Numbered from the whole stretch's first letter, positions 25,493 to 39,168 are shown. The stretch is DNA of 63,763 nucleotides, filler included, from Octopus bimaculoides (GCF_001194135.2; 7 parts of 5 records of this genome joined end to end with filler, not necessarily neighbours in it); one strand, 5' to 3'. The notes: generated by a model not told the origin, from the sequence alone. Numbers and translations are program-made.

Positions 25493-27234
25493 CACTTAAC
25501 AAAGGCCAACATTTCAAAGATCAGCATGATTTTTGCTGCCTGGTGTTGGAGACATGTTTCCAAATAATTTTGTGAGCTGATTTCACAAATGAAATCCATT
25601 TTGTTCTATCACGTCAAGACTTTTCACAAACTCAGATGTCCATTTTTCAGTTTTTCTAAAGATAGATTTTACTTCATCAAATGCAGACCCACATATTGAT
25701 CTTGACATAACTTTGGAAACAGTTTTTCAATATAATTTACAGTATATGCAACTACAAAAGTGAAAACAAAAGTTATGATTTAAGTGTCTTCAGTAAATAA
25801 AGAACATCAAACTTGAGCAACTTTTACTATTTTCAACCTAACCAGTTTTAAATGTCATGATGACAGAAATATTCTTTATACAATTAGATGTAAATAAATA
25901 ATACATTTCTGTGTTCCTTGACATTATACATGTCTAAAATTTGTGGAATGTGCTGTATGTGTCTAGAGATAGGCTGTACTTAATTTAGTGTGACTATCAT
26001 TGTAAACCAATTGAGGCATATTTTGTTAAGCCTTTAATTATTTCTGATGAAAATTGGTATTTTGAATGCACTCTGAATATTGCAGTTGTGAGGTCATGGG
26101 GGTCAAAGTCACTTTTTGTCGAGCATGGTCAAAGAACAGTAGAAAGACCTTCATGGTATGTATGTTCTTTATGGAACTTAGCCATCACAAACCTGCATTT
26201 GCTTACTTTATAACAGTTGACAATTCTGAGAATGATTTTTCTCAGGTTTTACATTACAGAAATATGACCCACTGTGAGTGAAAATGCAAAAGCAGCCCTG
26301 ATGTCTTCTGTTATAATTGTGGATGTTAGCTAAGTAGCGAAACAAAATCACAGATTTTGTGAAGAAAGACTACCTTACTTTGTCATGAAACTGGATGACC
26401 AAGACAAAACCTGAGCACCCCGTATAATGTGCAAAACATGTATTGAAACACCGAGACACTGACTGTTTCAAATGCTTGAGCAGAAATTTTCCAGCTTTGT
26501 CTTGTAAGAAAATTGAAGTTGGTGTGTTTGACGGGCCACATATTAAGTGGTTATTTCAGGGCGAGCAGTTTTTAGTGACCATTGAAAAAGAAGCGTGGAA
26601 TGTTTTAACTGTGGTTGTGTCTCTGATTTCCTTGGAAAAAGAAGTCATCAAATTATGAAGAATTTGTGCAAACCCTGTTAGCAGTTTTCGGGCACTGGGC
26701 TGCAAGACAAATATAAAAGTCCTTTTCTTGCAGAGTCATCTGGATTATTTCCTGAAAAGCGCAGTTCAATATGATGAGCAAGGAGAAAGATTCCACCAAG
26801 ACATCAAGCAGAGATAAAGACTAGCTATCAAGGCAGGTAAAACATCAAACATGATGACTGATTACTGCTGGTGTCTTCAAAGAGACTGTCGTGTTGTAAG
26901 TTCTTCATGCAAAGTAGTTAAGAGAAAATTCACTTCTTGGGTAACTGAAACTCCAATTTGACAAAAATATTTACCCTCAGATGTGTAATCAAATATTTCG
27001 TGTAATATATGTATTAAGTAGTATAAGTACCGTTTGATTTGTGTTAGTTTCTTATTTCAGCATTGCATGTAATGGCAAGATTGACATTTTTTGATAAAAA
27101 AAATAAATAAATTCTGTTTAACAAAATACTTGACGTGATGTAAAATTGCTGAGGGCATTCCTGAACTCAGCACCATCAAATTAGGTAGGGCTAATTGTAA
27201 AAAGTAAGACAGCTTAACATTTTTTGCAAGAGTG
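25493..27234 (+). mobile_element. Internally deleted CMC/Chapaev3-like DNA transposon
   Basis: Transposase remnants KSSPDVFCYNCG, KIEVGVFDGPHIK, LGCKTNIKVLFLQSHLDYFPE, DEQGERFHQDIK and MMTDYCWCLQRD at 26280-26900. CAC...GTG ends and a subterminal inverted tcacgtcaag/cttgacgtga. The superfamily name is from memory. Confidence 0.65.
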
Positions 27235-28756
27235 CTCCCCAGTATAATCAGAGGTCGTCTTTGTCTTTCATCCTATCAGGATCGATAAAATAAGTACCAA
27301 CTGAGCACTAACTAGCCCCTGCCCCTGAAATTGTTGACCTTGAACTAAATTTTGAAACGAGTGTAAAAGTAATCAGTATATAATATTCCTTTTCTCTTCT
27401 GTCTTTATAAAATAACGTCACGCATATTTTTTGTGTGCTGGGGTAATATTTTTCTTTGATATTTCTCCGTTTTTGTTTGTTTTTTTTTTGTTTGCTTTCT
27501 TTTTCACTTTTTCTTAAATTTGGTGGAGCCTGTCTGTTATAGTGAAGCTTGTCTGTTGTCGAATCAGATACAAAAGAAGCTCTTATTTATTAATTTTATC
27601 TATTAATCTTAGTAGAGCAGTCATCCATGATACCGGGAACGTTTCTAGTTCACGAGCTGTCCTCAATTCCCTGTTGTAGCCATTTCACTTATATTGCTGA
27701 TGTAATTAGGGAAAGTATGAAGATCGAACGTCACACAATCATATTTACTTTTCCTCCTAGATTCAGCAGCCTTGTCCATATAAAGAAAATTGCAAAGTAG
27801 GTATTCAGCCCCCATGCTGTTAGAATTGAACTTAGGCATAATCACAAGATTGATTTAAGTTGATCGAATAGGCTTTTTTTTTTCTTTTTCTCGAGGTAGA
27901 GTCTAACTGAATTTAATCATTAGCTCCTGAATTTGTCACAAAACCAGCAGTTTTAAGCTGAGAGGTTTAGTCGATACTGTCGACCACAGTATATAACTGG
28001 TACGTTATGAAATCGACCCTCAAGGGATGGAAGGCAAAATTGACTCTAGTGGGAAGCGAAATCAGAACGAAAAACTGAGTTTAATTTTTAGTACTCAGTA
28101 AACATTTTGTCATATCATTTGAGAATACCACGTAGAAATATTACGAATGTACAAAACATGTAACATGTGACTGTAATTGAGATTAACTGAAAATAGGTCT
28201 CAAATCCTTTTATTATGGACATAAAGCATAAAGTTTTCTTTACTGACGTGCGACATTACAAAACAACTGCGCAATTGTTAAAAAAAATGCATGTATTTCT
28301 TTTGCACTTCAAGATATTTCCTGCAACGTTAAGGGCAAAAAATAATGCAGCTTTTAGAACTTAAGTTCCCACAGTATATAATAAGCACGCATATGATGTT
28401 GACAAAGGGGTAATGAATAAAGTCTGAAAAATATATTCAAGACTTATGAGAGAATAAATAACACGAATTCGAGTTGTATGGCCTTGAAAACCGATGTGAA
28501 AGAGGAACTCATAAAATATATGCATTTTCTACATTACTTAATTAATTATTTACCTTGAATGCCAAGACAATGTAGGTGCCACAGCACAGCGGTGGGGCAC
28601 CTGCATGGCTGCAGCTTTCGAGCTGAAACTAGTCTAAGAGTTAAAGAGTTATTTCCAATAAGTTTGGATTGAAGATTTCTACAAACTATAAAATAATTAT
28701 TCTGAGGGTTGAATCAATATCATAGGTGACAGATGAAAAACCAATGGACCTAACCC

Positions 28757-28802
<46 letters not shown>

Positions 28803-31316
28803 NNNNNNNNNNNNNNNNNNNNNNNNNNNNNNNNNNNNNNNNNNNNNNNNNNNNNNNNNNNNNNNNNNNNNNNNNNNNNNNNNNNNNNNNNNNNNNNNNN
28901 NNNNNNNNNNNNNNNNNNNNNNNNNNNNNNNNNNNNNNNNNNNNNNNNNNNNNNNNNNNNNNNNNNNNNNNNNNNNNNNNNNNNNNNNNNNNNNNNNNNN
29001 NNNNNNNNNNNNNNNNNNNNNNNNNNNNNNNNNNNNNNNNNNNNNNNNNNNNNNNNNNNNNNNNNNNNNNNNNNNNNNNNNNNNNNNNNNNNNNNNNNNN
29101 NNNNNNNNNNNNNNNNNNNNNNNNNNNNNNNNNNNNNNNNNNNNNNNNNNNNNNNNNNNNNNNNNNNNNNNNNNNNNNNNNNNNNNNNNNNNNNNNNNNN
29201 NNNNNNNNNNNNNNNNNNNNNNNNNNNNNNNNNNNNNNNNNNNNNNNNNNNNNNNNNNNNNNNNNNNNNNNNNNNNNNNNNNNNNNNNNNNNNNNNNNNN
29301 NNNNNNNNNNNNNNNNNNNNNNNNNNNNNNNNNNNNNNNNNNNNNNNNNNNNNNNNNNNNNNNNNNNNNNNNNNNNNNNNNGCTAAACATTTTGTCCGGC
29401 GTGCTAACGATTCTGTCAGCTCGCCACCTTCAAATAGTTTTAAATTTTGGCACAAGACCAACAATTTTAAAGAAAGAGGAAAGCCAGTTTCACCGACCCC
29501 TCTATTCACTTATTTAATCGACCCCAAAAGAAGATGAAAGGCAAAGTCGACCGCAGCGGATTATGAACTTAGAACATAAAGAGACGGAAGAAACGCCGCT
29601 AAGCATTTTTCCGATTTGCTTAACGTATTGGTTTGTTTGCATATCCGTCACTTAGCAGTTCAGCAAAAGAGTTGGCAGAATAAATACCAGAATTTGAAAT
29701 TAAGTACTGGATTCGATTTGAACAAAAAAAATCCTTCAAAGCAGTACTCCAGTATGCCCGCAGTCAACTGAAACAATTAAAAGAATGTATATTTTATATT
29801 CTGTTCTTTAAAGTGATAAACTTACATAGAATATATCTTGTTTGATCAGTAATAGTCTTCGCCTAGGTGAATAATTCATGTATAGCTTTACTAGATGGAT
29901 AATTCATATATAATTTAATCTTGGTTTTATCTCTTAACTAGGAAAAAGTATATTTTCTGTCTCGTGTTTTTATAAGGCAGGATACATCTAAGACGCAACT
30001 GAAAGTCTGATCAAGCTCCACATGAGTCCTAAACATCCTTGAATATTCTGGACTTGATACTGAAAAGTAAATAATGTCAGAACTGTATTTCCATGTATTT
30101 TAGATTTTGTACCATTTTTTTTTTAGTGCAATGCTAAATTCATTTCAGAATATAAGTTTGCACCGATTGTTGATAATTTCCTTACTTGTTTCTTTCTAGT
30201 TCATTATATTTGATATAAACAATTATTTCAAACAGGGGGATTACACAATAACAACAAAAAGGCATTGGCCGGAACTAAAAATAATTTGAATGGTAATCAG
30301 GACTAACACCAGAGAATTCAGTGCCTTAGGCCAGCGCTGCGATATGCGTCCCTTTCCCCCAGCACTGCAATGAGAGCTCCCTTCTCTAACTTCTTCTGCA
30401 GCATCTTTCAGCTATCGCCCTCATTATATCAGCTAGAAAATATAGTCGAAAAATTATAGGTGACTTGCAAACAAGAAATCTTTATAATGTTGTGATCATA
30501 CATGCTAAACTCAGTTTTCTTGCAGTGGTGAGGATAATGATCACTACCTACCTCATCCAGCAGAACATTAAAGTCGTAACAGCTAGAGGGAGAATGGGCA
30601 GCATTTGTACTTTGTTAGTACTCATTAGAGTTTAGTGGACTGGAACATGAAACACAATGCTCAAAAATACAATGTGCTGCCCGGTCCAGGAATTTAGCCG
30701 ACGACTTTATGATTGAGCTAAATACCGTAATCATTAGACCAATAACGATCCATTAAGTTATAATCTGTTATTGGACAAAAGTTGAAGTGATTTAAGCCAC
30801 ATGCTCACTCAAGACTCTTAAATCTTTCCTCTCCGACTATATTTTCCATCCTTCGTTGTGCTGAGAACGGCCTCATCTACTCTCATCGTTACCAAGTTTT
30901 CGTAAGACGGCGAGCTGGCAGAAACGTTAGCACGCCGGGCGAAATTCTTAACAGTATTTTGTCTGCCGCTACGTTCTGAGCTCAAATTCCGCCGAGGTCG
31001 ACTTTGCCTTTCATCCTTTCGCGCTCGGGTCAATGTAATCGACTAGCCCCCTTCCCCAAAAATTTTCAAGGACTTGTGCCTAGTATAGAAATAATTATTT
31101 GGACAAAGAAATCTTGTGTAAATTATTGGTGAAGTCTCTGATTTTCACACTCCAGATGATCTCCTAGTTTCTTTAATACATAGCAACGACTTTGATAGTA
31201 AAGGATCTTTTTTAAACAAAATATTCCCAAAGAATGTATAACATCAATCAAAAATCTATAATTAAAAGTTCTGTAAGCTTTCTTAACGTTGCAAGAACTG
31301 TTTTCACGCTAATTTA

Positions 31317-31985
31317 CAGGGTGGTGAACGAAAATGTATACCGAGTTCCGTAGCGTAGGGTGAATACAGACACAAATTTACTCGTTTGTTCTTGATATCT
31401 ACTTTTAATTGCGGTACACATTTGAAATAACATGGTTTCAACCTTAGACTTTTAGACACTCTTTATCATGATCTGCTTATGTGAGTCTGCTGCCCCAATT
31501 TACATGTTAACTTCTTTGGACTTTGACGTATGTTCTGAATGATTTCTGGCATTCGAATTGTAAGGTTTCTTTGTTTTGGGGCGTTGTGCACTGACCCCGT
31601 AGCGCGCCACTTCTTAACAATATTTATCGTTTTCTTTGCCAGGAAGCTTTTACCCGGAAAATTGACTTAAAAAATTTCACGTGTTTGCTTAACAGAACCC
31701 GTTCTCACATACGTTTCGACAGTCTCCACTATTTCCGCTACTGAGTAAGTCATCTTGGAGAAAGGGCTAGAGATGTTCACTAAATGCAATCTTACGGTCA
31801 ACTAATATGGTGAGGATAACGTAGCAAACAGTTGATTTGTACACCATCTTTCTTCAGCAGTACAACTGGTCGAAATAACACAATAACACTTGTAAACGAA
31901 AGGCTGGGTGCCTTTACGTGTGTGCAAATTTATTTCTGTATTTACTCTATGTTACGAAACCCGAGCTAGTTTTTGCGTCACCATG
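31317..31985 (-). mobile_element. Internally deleted Tc1/mariner (DUF4817-type N-terminus) element
   Basis: TA|CAGGGTG...CACCATG|TA diverged TIRs. The minus strand from 31753 reads MTYSVAEIVETVETYVRTGSVKQTREIF*..TGSVHNAP..SPKKLTCKLGQQTHISRS..LKPCYFKCVPQL. Confidence 0.7.
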
Positions 31986-33179
31986 TATATAAATAAAGAT
32001 ACTTGTGTATTTTATACACATTATTCATCACTATACTTGTTGTTGATGCGGTTGTGGTTTAGATCCGGTAATTGACCAACTGGCACAAGTTTTTGAGCAT
32101 TAGATTGAACACCTCGAAGCATTTGTTCCAATTCTCTACACTTTAAATTCAAATTCCTTTCGGGATCGATAAAAAACAAAGCACTAATCCAACGAGGTAG
32201 ATTGGCAGAACTGTGAGAACGTTAGAATAGATACATTACTTTATTTGCTCTGGCTTTTTGCGTTGTGTGCTCAAATCCCAACATGATTCTTTGGATGCCT
32301 TCAGTAGAGTTCATTCAGTTGCATTCATTCAGGTCAAGTTTCAGGTTTAAAAGTGTTGCCTTCCCTTCCTCTCACCAGTATTGGAGATCCTGTAAAAGGT
32401 TAGAGACACTTTTCTGTTGACTTTATTTTTGAGATAAAGATTCACGCTCTCGGAAATAGTCAGTGTCTTTTCCAGTTCACCAGCTTCATATTTATATATA
32501 CATGGTTAGAACAATTAAAAACAAATCAGTTGCAATGATTTTAATAATGATTGCATAATAGGACGATAGCGTGACAGAAACGATAGAAAGCCGCGCTAAA
32601 TGCGTGTAGCAGTAATCAGTTTCGTTTCGATCTTCTATATCAGTTAAATGTCAAATATGCCAGTTCAGTATATTACAATCAATTGCATCACTCTTTCACG
32701 GGTGTTTAACGATATACGATGAAAGAAACCAATAATGATCATTTTAAGTAGCGAGTGTCGGGGATTCAACAATGATGTATCTTGTAAATCTGGTCAACAA
32801 TGTTGATTGCGATACCCACCCAGTTGAAAGCCGTAATATATCAATTATATCATTAACAGTAGTCTTTTAAAAAAGGTATGAACGTTACTACCTCTATCAA
32901 AAGTGATTTGATAACAGAATTCAAAACCCCGTAAGAGAGTTTATTATAGCTTGCTGTGTCTTGGGAGAGTCATTATGCAAATAATAAACACACTGGTTCT
33001 ATTTCACTTCTTTATTTTTATTGGTCAATTAATTAATCGATCGTTTGATTATTCGTTCGACCAATCAATCAGTGGACTAGGTTTGTCCCTCCCAGGATGC
33101 AACAACATCATGAATTCACATCAAGAGTTCACATCAAAAGTTCACATCATCATGAGTTCACATCAAGAATCTTGTAAAT

Positions 33180-33506
33180 CAGTGGTTCTCAACCATTTTT
33201 TTCATCTATGGAGCCCTTTGACTACTATTATAGTCTGGTGGACGCCCATAGCTATTCAATATCTAAAAACCAGTTTTATAAACGCTCTTTTCTAAATTCC
33301 GGTTTTGCTTTTCATACAATAACTTGTGTAAGGTGAATTATGTAAAACGTTAGAGAAAGAGACCTAGCAGTTTCTTGCAATACATACTTCTTGAGCAAAT
33401 TTTTTTCAAGGCCCCTTAAAATATTATGTATATCCCCAATATACCATTTTGCTTGTTTGGATGGACCCCACAAAAATCTTACATAGACTCCGGTTCAGAA
33501 CCACTG
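33180..33506. mobile_element. hAT (Charlie-like) MITE with the same TIR type as 9347-9634
   Basis: TIR CAGTGGTTCT(C/G)AACC, 14/15 match; TSD decayed. Confidence 0.75.
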
Positions 33507-34260
33507 TTACAAACCAAATACAAAATCGAGTTTATAATAATTCAATAGAAAAAAGTGACGAACGAGCAGACTCCTTAGAGGGCCGGGGCAAAATGTTTTG
33601 CAGTATTTATTCCAGCAGTTTACGTTTTGAGCTTTAATCCCACCGAGGTCAACTTTGCTTTCCATCCCCGCCTCGCAAGGTAAACAAAATGAAATACCAG
33701 TCTAGTACTGATAACATCGACGTCAGTACAACATCTCTCCTCAAGTTTCAGGCTTTGTGCCTGTACCAGAAACAATTTAAAAGGAAAATCGTTTAACGTA
33801 TCTTTAACTCCAGCTAAACATATTTTACGAAAGTGAGCGTCCCTAATTTTCACTGACTCTTCCCCAAAAAGGATATCGACAATTAATGACGTAATCTATA
33901 GCAGCAGTTGTCAGGCTAAATAAATGTAGCTGTTTGGTGGGCGGGATTGACTGTCAAATTGTATATTCTATTTATATATTTAGTTGGTCGTATTTAGATC
34001 ATTATATCCAAACGTCATATTTAGATTGTTATATCCAAACAATCAACCGTGTAAATAAAAGAGTTTGGTCACATAATAGAAACACTTTTATAGTCGTAAG
34101 CTATGTGACCAACTAAATGACGTAAAAATCCTTATTAGGTATGTTTCATCCTATAATTGGTTAAGCAGTAGGTGAAGACGTGGATTTTAGCAGGCGTACA
34201 GAATAATAAACGTTTAGTTGATTTTCTACTTTAGTTTCCTCTTTAATATTTTTTGCAACT

Positions 34261-34495
34261 AAGGCAGCGAGCTGGCAGAAACGTTAGCTCGCCGGGCTAA
34301 ATGCTTAGCGGTATTTCGTCTACTGTTACGTTCTAAGTTCAAATTCCGCCGAGGTCGACTTTGCCTTTCATCCTTTCAGGGTCAATAAATTAAGTACCAG
34401 TTACGCACTGGGGTCGATGCAATCAACTTAATCCCTTTGTCTGTCCTTGTTTGTCCCCTCTGTGTTTAGCCCCTTGTGGCAATAAAGAAATAAGA
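34261..34495 (+). mobile_element. Full-length SINE family A with a LINE-type 3' tail, followed by a second SINE head (34492-34570)
   Basis: Consensus body, tail ttgtcccctctgtgtttagccccttgtggcaataaagaaataag. Confidence 0.9.
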
Positions 34496-34570
34496 AACTT
34501 TACCACGCCGAGCAAAATGCCTAGCGGCATTTCATCCGTCTTTACATTCTGAGTTCAAATTTCGCCGAGG

Positions 34571-36538
34571 TTTGATAGTGATTCTGGCAAGGGTGGGGCA
34601 CTGGTCCATTTAGACCAATATAAGGCATTCGATAGGGTTGACCATCGCTACCAAGTGTCCGTTCTGGCGCAGTTCGGCCTAGGTCTTGGCTTCCTCAGGT
34701 GGATCATCGAATTTTACGACAACATCGACTCGGTAGATCGGGTGAACGGCTTCTTATCGAAGCCGTTCAACATCAAACGTTCAGTTCGTCAAGGGTGTCC
34801 GCTCTCCCCGCTTTTGTATGTGATGGCTCTTGATCCATTACTGCGAAAATTGAGCGGCATCCCGAGACAGCCAGGTTGTGGAAAGTCGGTTTCAGCTTAC
34901 GCGGACGACATCACCATCATCGTGACCAAAATGGATCACCTACAGAAGGTAGGCAAGGCCATTGAGGTTTACGAGACGGTGGCAGGAGCAAAAGTTAATC
35001 GTGAAAAGTCAGTCGGCTTGCAGCTCGGCACCTGGAGAGGCAAGTCGATGCCTCCTGATAGCGTCGTGGGACGTTGGACGGAGGGCCCGATTAAGTTGCT
35101 AGGAGTTTGGTTTGGACCAGACCTCCAAATAGAGAAGAACTGGGCCGAGGTAACGAGCAGGATGACCCACATAGTCAAGACCTGGTCTTGGCGGTGGCTA
35201 TCCCTGAAAGGGAGGGTGGAGGTAGCCAATGTGTTCATCGCATCGGTTATCACCTACCGCCTAACCATCGTTCCTTGCCCTGATTCGTGGTTGATCAAGC
35301 TGGAAAGACAGCTCTTCCACATTTTGTGGAAGGGCTCGAAACCGCTTGTGAGACGCTCTATTTGCTGTCAACAACCGTTAAAGGGTGGGCTAGGGATGCC
35401 TTGGCTGTTGATGCGCAAACATGNNNNNNNNNNGTGGGCTAGGGATGCCTTGGCTGTTGATGCGCAAACATGCGCTGAGGTTGAGGCATCTGTGGCTCTA
35501 CCTGGATGGTGAACGGGTGTGGTCTCCGCTAGTGAAACAGATGTTTCCCAAGTTCACTAGTTTCGGTGGATGGAAAACCTGGTTGCATCGAAGATCGAAG
35601 TTGAGTACATGGTATACGGAGTGTCGTAAGGCCCTCCTGCTATTCCGTCGCTTGGGCAATGCCTGCAGTGAGGGTTCCACCGCATTCTTCTATAGAGGGC
35701 TTGTAGAGGCGAAATGTGACGATGCTTTAGGGGAAACCCTAGGTCTCGACGATAATCAGCTGGTCAGTCTGTTCCGACGTACATTCGAACTGAAGACCCT
35801 GGATAACTTTCAGAAGTCTCTGGCATGGCAGTGCTACCGAGGAGCTTTACCTGTTCGGGACAAGCTCACAAGGCACGGTGGCCCCGGCCCTTCGACCTGT
35901 CCAAGATGTGGGTGGGATAGGGAAGCCGTCCCGCACGTTATTGTACAATGTTCGGAGGTGTCGGATGTGTGGGTTTGTCCTGAACAACTGTTGTCAGGTA
36001 CAGGAAGAGTACAGCTGTCGACTGAGTCTATACTAAAAATTGACCCGCCGGATTTCCTCTTGAAAGAAGGTAAGAATTGTTTTCTCACTGTGGTAGCAAT
36101 TGCGAGAGAGGTTATTTGGAGAACGAGGATGAAAGGGTTAAGATCGGACATTTTCATCTCTGGCTCTGCACTGGTGAATTATTTCACCTACCACCTTAAA
36201 TGGAAGATAGGCCTAGAGAGGAAATGCCTGACTGTGAAAATGTTTCAGAGTCGATGGAAGAATGTAGCTCGAATGTTACGAGTGGATGTAACCGCATGAA
36301 CGCGGCACAAGGTTTATCTTAAGTATCAGTGGCGAGGCGGAGCTCGTGGGGTCCGAACATAACCCGTCCTCCCACTCCATCCGTAATGTCTTCCGGTCTG
36401 TCTTATCATTCGTTTTCTTATATTCTCATTGTATTTAATTTTTAATATCATCTTTTTATTTTTCCCAAGCGTTTCTCTGACCCTAAAATCAGATGTATTG
36501 TCCCCTCTGTGTTGGCCCTTCGTGGGTAATAAGGAAAT
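34571..36538 (+). mobile_element. 5'-truncated Tx1/L1-clade LINE: RT plus zf-RVT (ORF2 34572-36299) and 3' UTR
   Basis: LDQYKAFDRVDH, SVRQGCPLSPLLY, intact AYADD, KLLGVWFG and CPRCGWDREAVPHVIVQC. The frame is open throughout once the duplicated flank of the 35424-35433 gap is collapsed. Confidence 0.92.
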
Positions 36539-37311
36539 TTAAATTATAAATCCCCTTATAGAACTATATTCATAAAAAAAGTATAGAACTATATTATCAC
36601 CCTCAAATTGAGAAACAAACACTAACTTTTTTCTTTTAAAACTTCATTGTATGAGATCGATACCTTGAAATTCCTCGAATTGAGCTCTATCATTTAAGCT
36701 TAAATAAAATATAGTTTGTTTTTAAAATAAAAAAGTTAATTATACTTAAATCTAATTTTTTGCCTTACTTATATTTTTTATCATGATATTTAACCTCACA
36801 ACTTTTTTGATACAAATTTTTGTTGCATAAGACCAAAACTATGAAATTCTTCATGTTTTCTTCTATCATTGAAGCTAAGATAAATATATTTTGCTCTTAA
36901 AATTAAAAAAATTGTTTAGATCAATTTTAAATTTTATCGACAGATGATATAAACAGTATCTTATTTCAAACCTTAGTGTTTGAATGTTTTGTTCATAAAT
37001 ATTCTTGCACCCTGCGCTGTGTTTTTGGCGCAAAACAAAACCAGTAACGGAATATAACGTAACGGTCTTGAATTTTTACTATAGTTCTGCAAATTATATT
37101 GATTCTAGAACGAATGTGTTGATGAGGACCTTAATGTTCGAAACCGGTATGCAATTAATTCTTTATTCTGTATATTTCTCATTTTGTCTTGTTCTGGTGT
37201 TTTGCGAAATTTTTCTGGAGAACATTGTTTCTTTGTGGTTGGGTCGTTGATGACCTCTTTCTAGCATATAGGACGTCCACTTAGTGGTCATCCCTTCTTA
37301 TACATACATAC

Positions 37312-37359
<48 letters not shown>

Positions 37360-37372
37360 ATATATATACACA

Positions 37373-38478
37373 TTAGATGTACCCGCCGTGACCCGTAGGT
37401 TCACAACCATTCCAAGTTGAAATGTCGATGCGCAGCAAGAAAGGAAAAAATATTTTAAACACCATGCAATAAAATTCTTAAATAATACAGTTCTCCTGCC
37501 TTTGGTGTGACAACATAAATATGACCAAGTGTTTCTTCTTTGAAAACGTTCAAATGGCCTTCAATTTCTGGTCCTCGCTTTCTTCTTTGCCACTCTTTGT
37601 TACTACTATTTCAAGTGAAATACAAAGAGTACTTCAGCATAAAGTAATGCTTTTGCAAAGTCGTCATTGACGCACAATGAAAAGAATTCTGTCACTGTTG
37701 TCTTCATATGTCGTTCATTGACAGCCATATACGTATATCTTCATTACTTCTGAGAAATATTCTTTGTTCATTTGGTAAATGAACTTGCAGTTTCACTATT
37801 GCCGGTGCTCTTTCATGAATCGACAATCCTAGAATAGATACAGCTGCTTCGGATGGTCCAATATACATACCCATTAGATATTGACTAATTTTGTTATCAT
37901 TGTTTATTTGAACAGTAGTTTCGTTATTTCCTTTCAGCATGTACTTGATGACATACTTGACTGATCTTACTGGGGCAACGATTTTAACGTTGCAGTGGCA
38001 TTTGAATGCTCTTAAAAGCGTTTCATTATAAGGTATAACCATTTGTTGTTTGTTTTCCCATTCTTATGAGATTCAATTCCTCCCATTGCAACTCATCTTC
38101 GTCTATAAGGGTATAGTCACTCTGTCTGTTTTTCTGCCTTTGGATTAAGATGATGACGATTAATATTTTTTATTTCAAATAAAATAGCAAGTTTCTCTTT
38201 AGGAAAAAAAATCAAGTACTCGTGATTCAAAAAATATCCTATAAAAATATAGTGAGAATTTCTTTCACTCGAAAATTGCATAAATAATTAAGGGTAGGGA
38301 AAAGAAAGCAAGGAAAAAGGGCGGACGGCGGTAGCTACGACGACTCTTTAAAGTGTCAACATTTTCAGTTTCATTTTACTTTTTCTTCTTAAAGGGGGAA
38401 ATGACCATTTTATTTGTACTTTTTATCATCTTAATCAAATAACAGGAAAACAAACTTTGAGTTTTAGCATTATATATA
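37373..38478 (-). mobile_element. Non-autonomous Helitron, copy 1 (Rep fragment)
   Basis: ORF 38042-37704 VIPYNETLL..FKCHCNV..SVKYVIKYMLKG..YIGPSEAA..LQVHLPNEQ matches Helitron Rep. The 3' end CTAG is mutated to CTAA, and the 5' end runs into (TA)n. Confidence 0.85.
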
Positions 38479-38485
38479 TATATGT

Positions 38486-38549
<64 letters not shown>

Positions 38550-39119
38550 NNNNNNNNNNNNNNNNNNNNNNNNNNNNNNNNNNNNNNNNNNNNNNNNNNN
38601 NNNNNNNNNNNNNNNNNNNNNNNNNNNNNNNNNNNNNNNNNNNNNNNNNNNNNNNNNNNNNNNNNNNNNNNNNNNNNNNNNNNNNNNNNNNNNNNNNNNN
38701 NNNNNNNNNNNNNNNNNNNNNNNNNNNNNNNNNNNNNNNNNNNNNNNNNNNNNNNNNNNNNNNNNNNNNNNNNNNNNNNNNNNNNNNNNNNNNNNNNNNN
38801 NNNNNNNNNNNNNNNNNNNNNNNNNNNNNNNNNNNNNNNNNNNNNNNNNNNNNNNNNNNNNNNNNNNNNNNNNNNNNNNNNNNNNNNNNNNNNNNNNNNN
38901 NNNNNNNNNNNNNNNNNNNNNNNNNNNNNNNNNNNNNNNNNNNNNNNNNNNNNNNNNNNNNNNNNNNNNNNNNNNNNNNNNNNNNNNNNNNNNNNNNNNN
39001 NNNNNNNNNNNNNNNNNNNNNNNNNNNNNNNNNNNNNNNNNNNNNNNNNNNNNNNNNNNNNNNNNNNNNNNNNNNNNNNNNNNNNNNNNNNNNNNNNNNN
39101 NNNNNNNNNNNNNNNNNNN

Positions 39120-39168
<49 letters not shown>

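Noticed and set aside
27753-27788. Possible 36-nt exon IQQPCPYKENCK with AG/GT flanks
   Set aside because: Such flanks arise often by chance and there is no gene context.
30386-30432. Possible terminal exon ADIMRAIAERCCRRS* with a faint insulin A-chain look
   Set aside because: Only 15 codons. The third cysteine position is a stop, the spacing is off by one, and there is no partner exon.
31701-31762. Hammerhead-like GAC..GTCGAAACGTA on the minus strand
   Set aside because: No CUGA core or stem I. It is the coding start of the Tc1/mariner transposase.
34261-34360. tRNA gene
   Set aside because: Pol III box-like motifs belong to SINE heads. I could not fold a complete cloverleaf.
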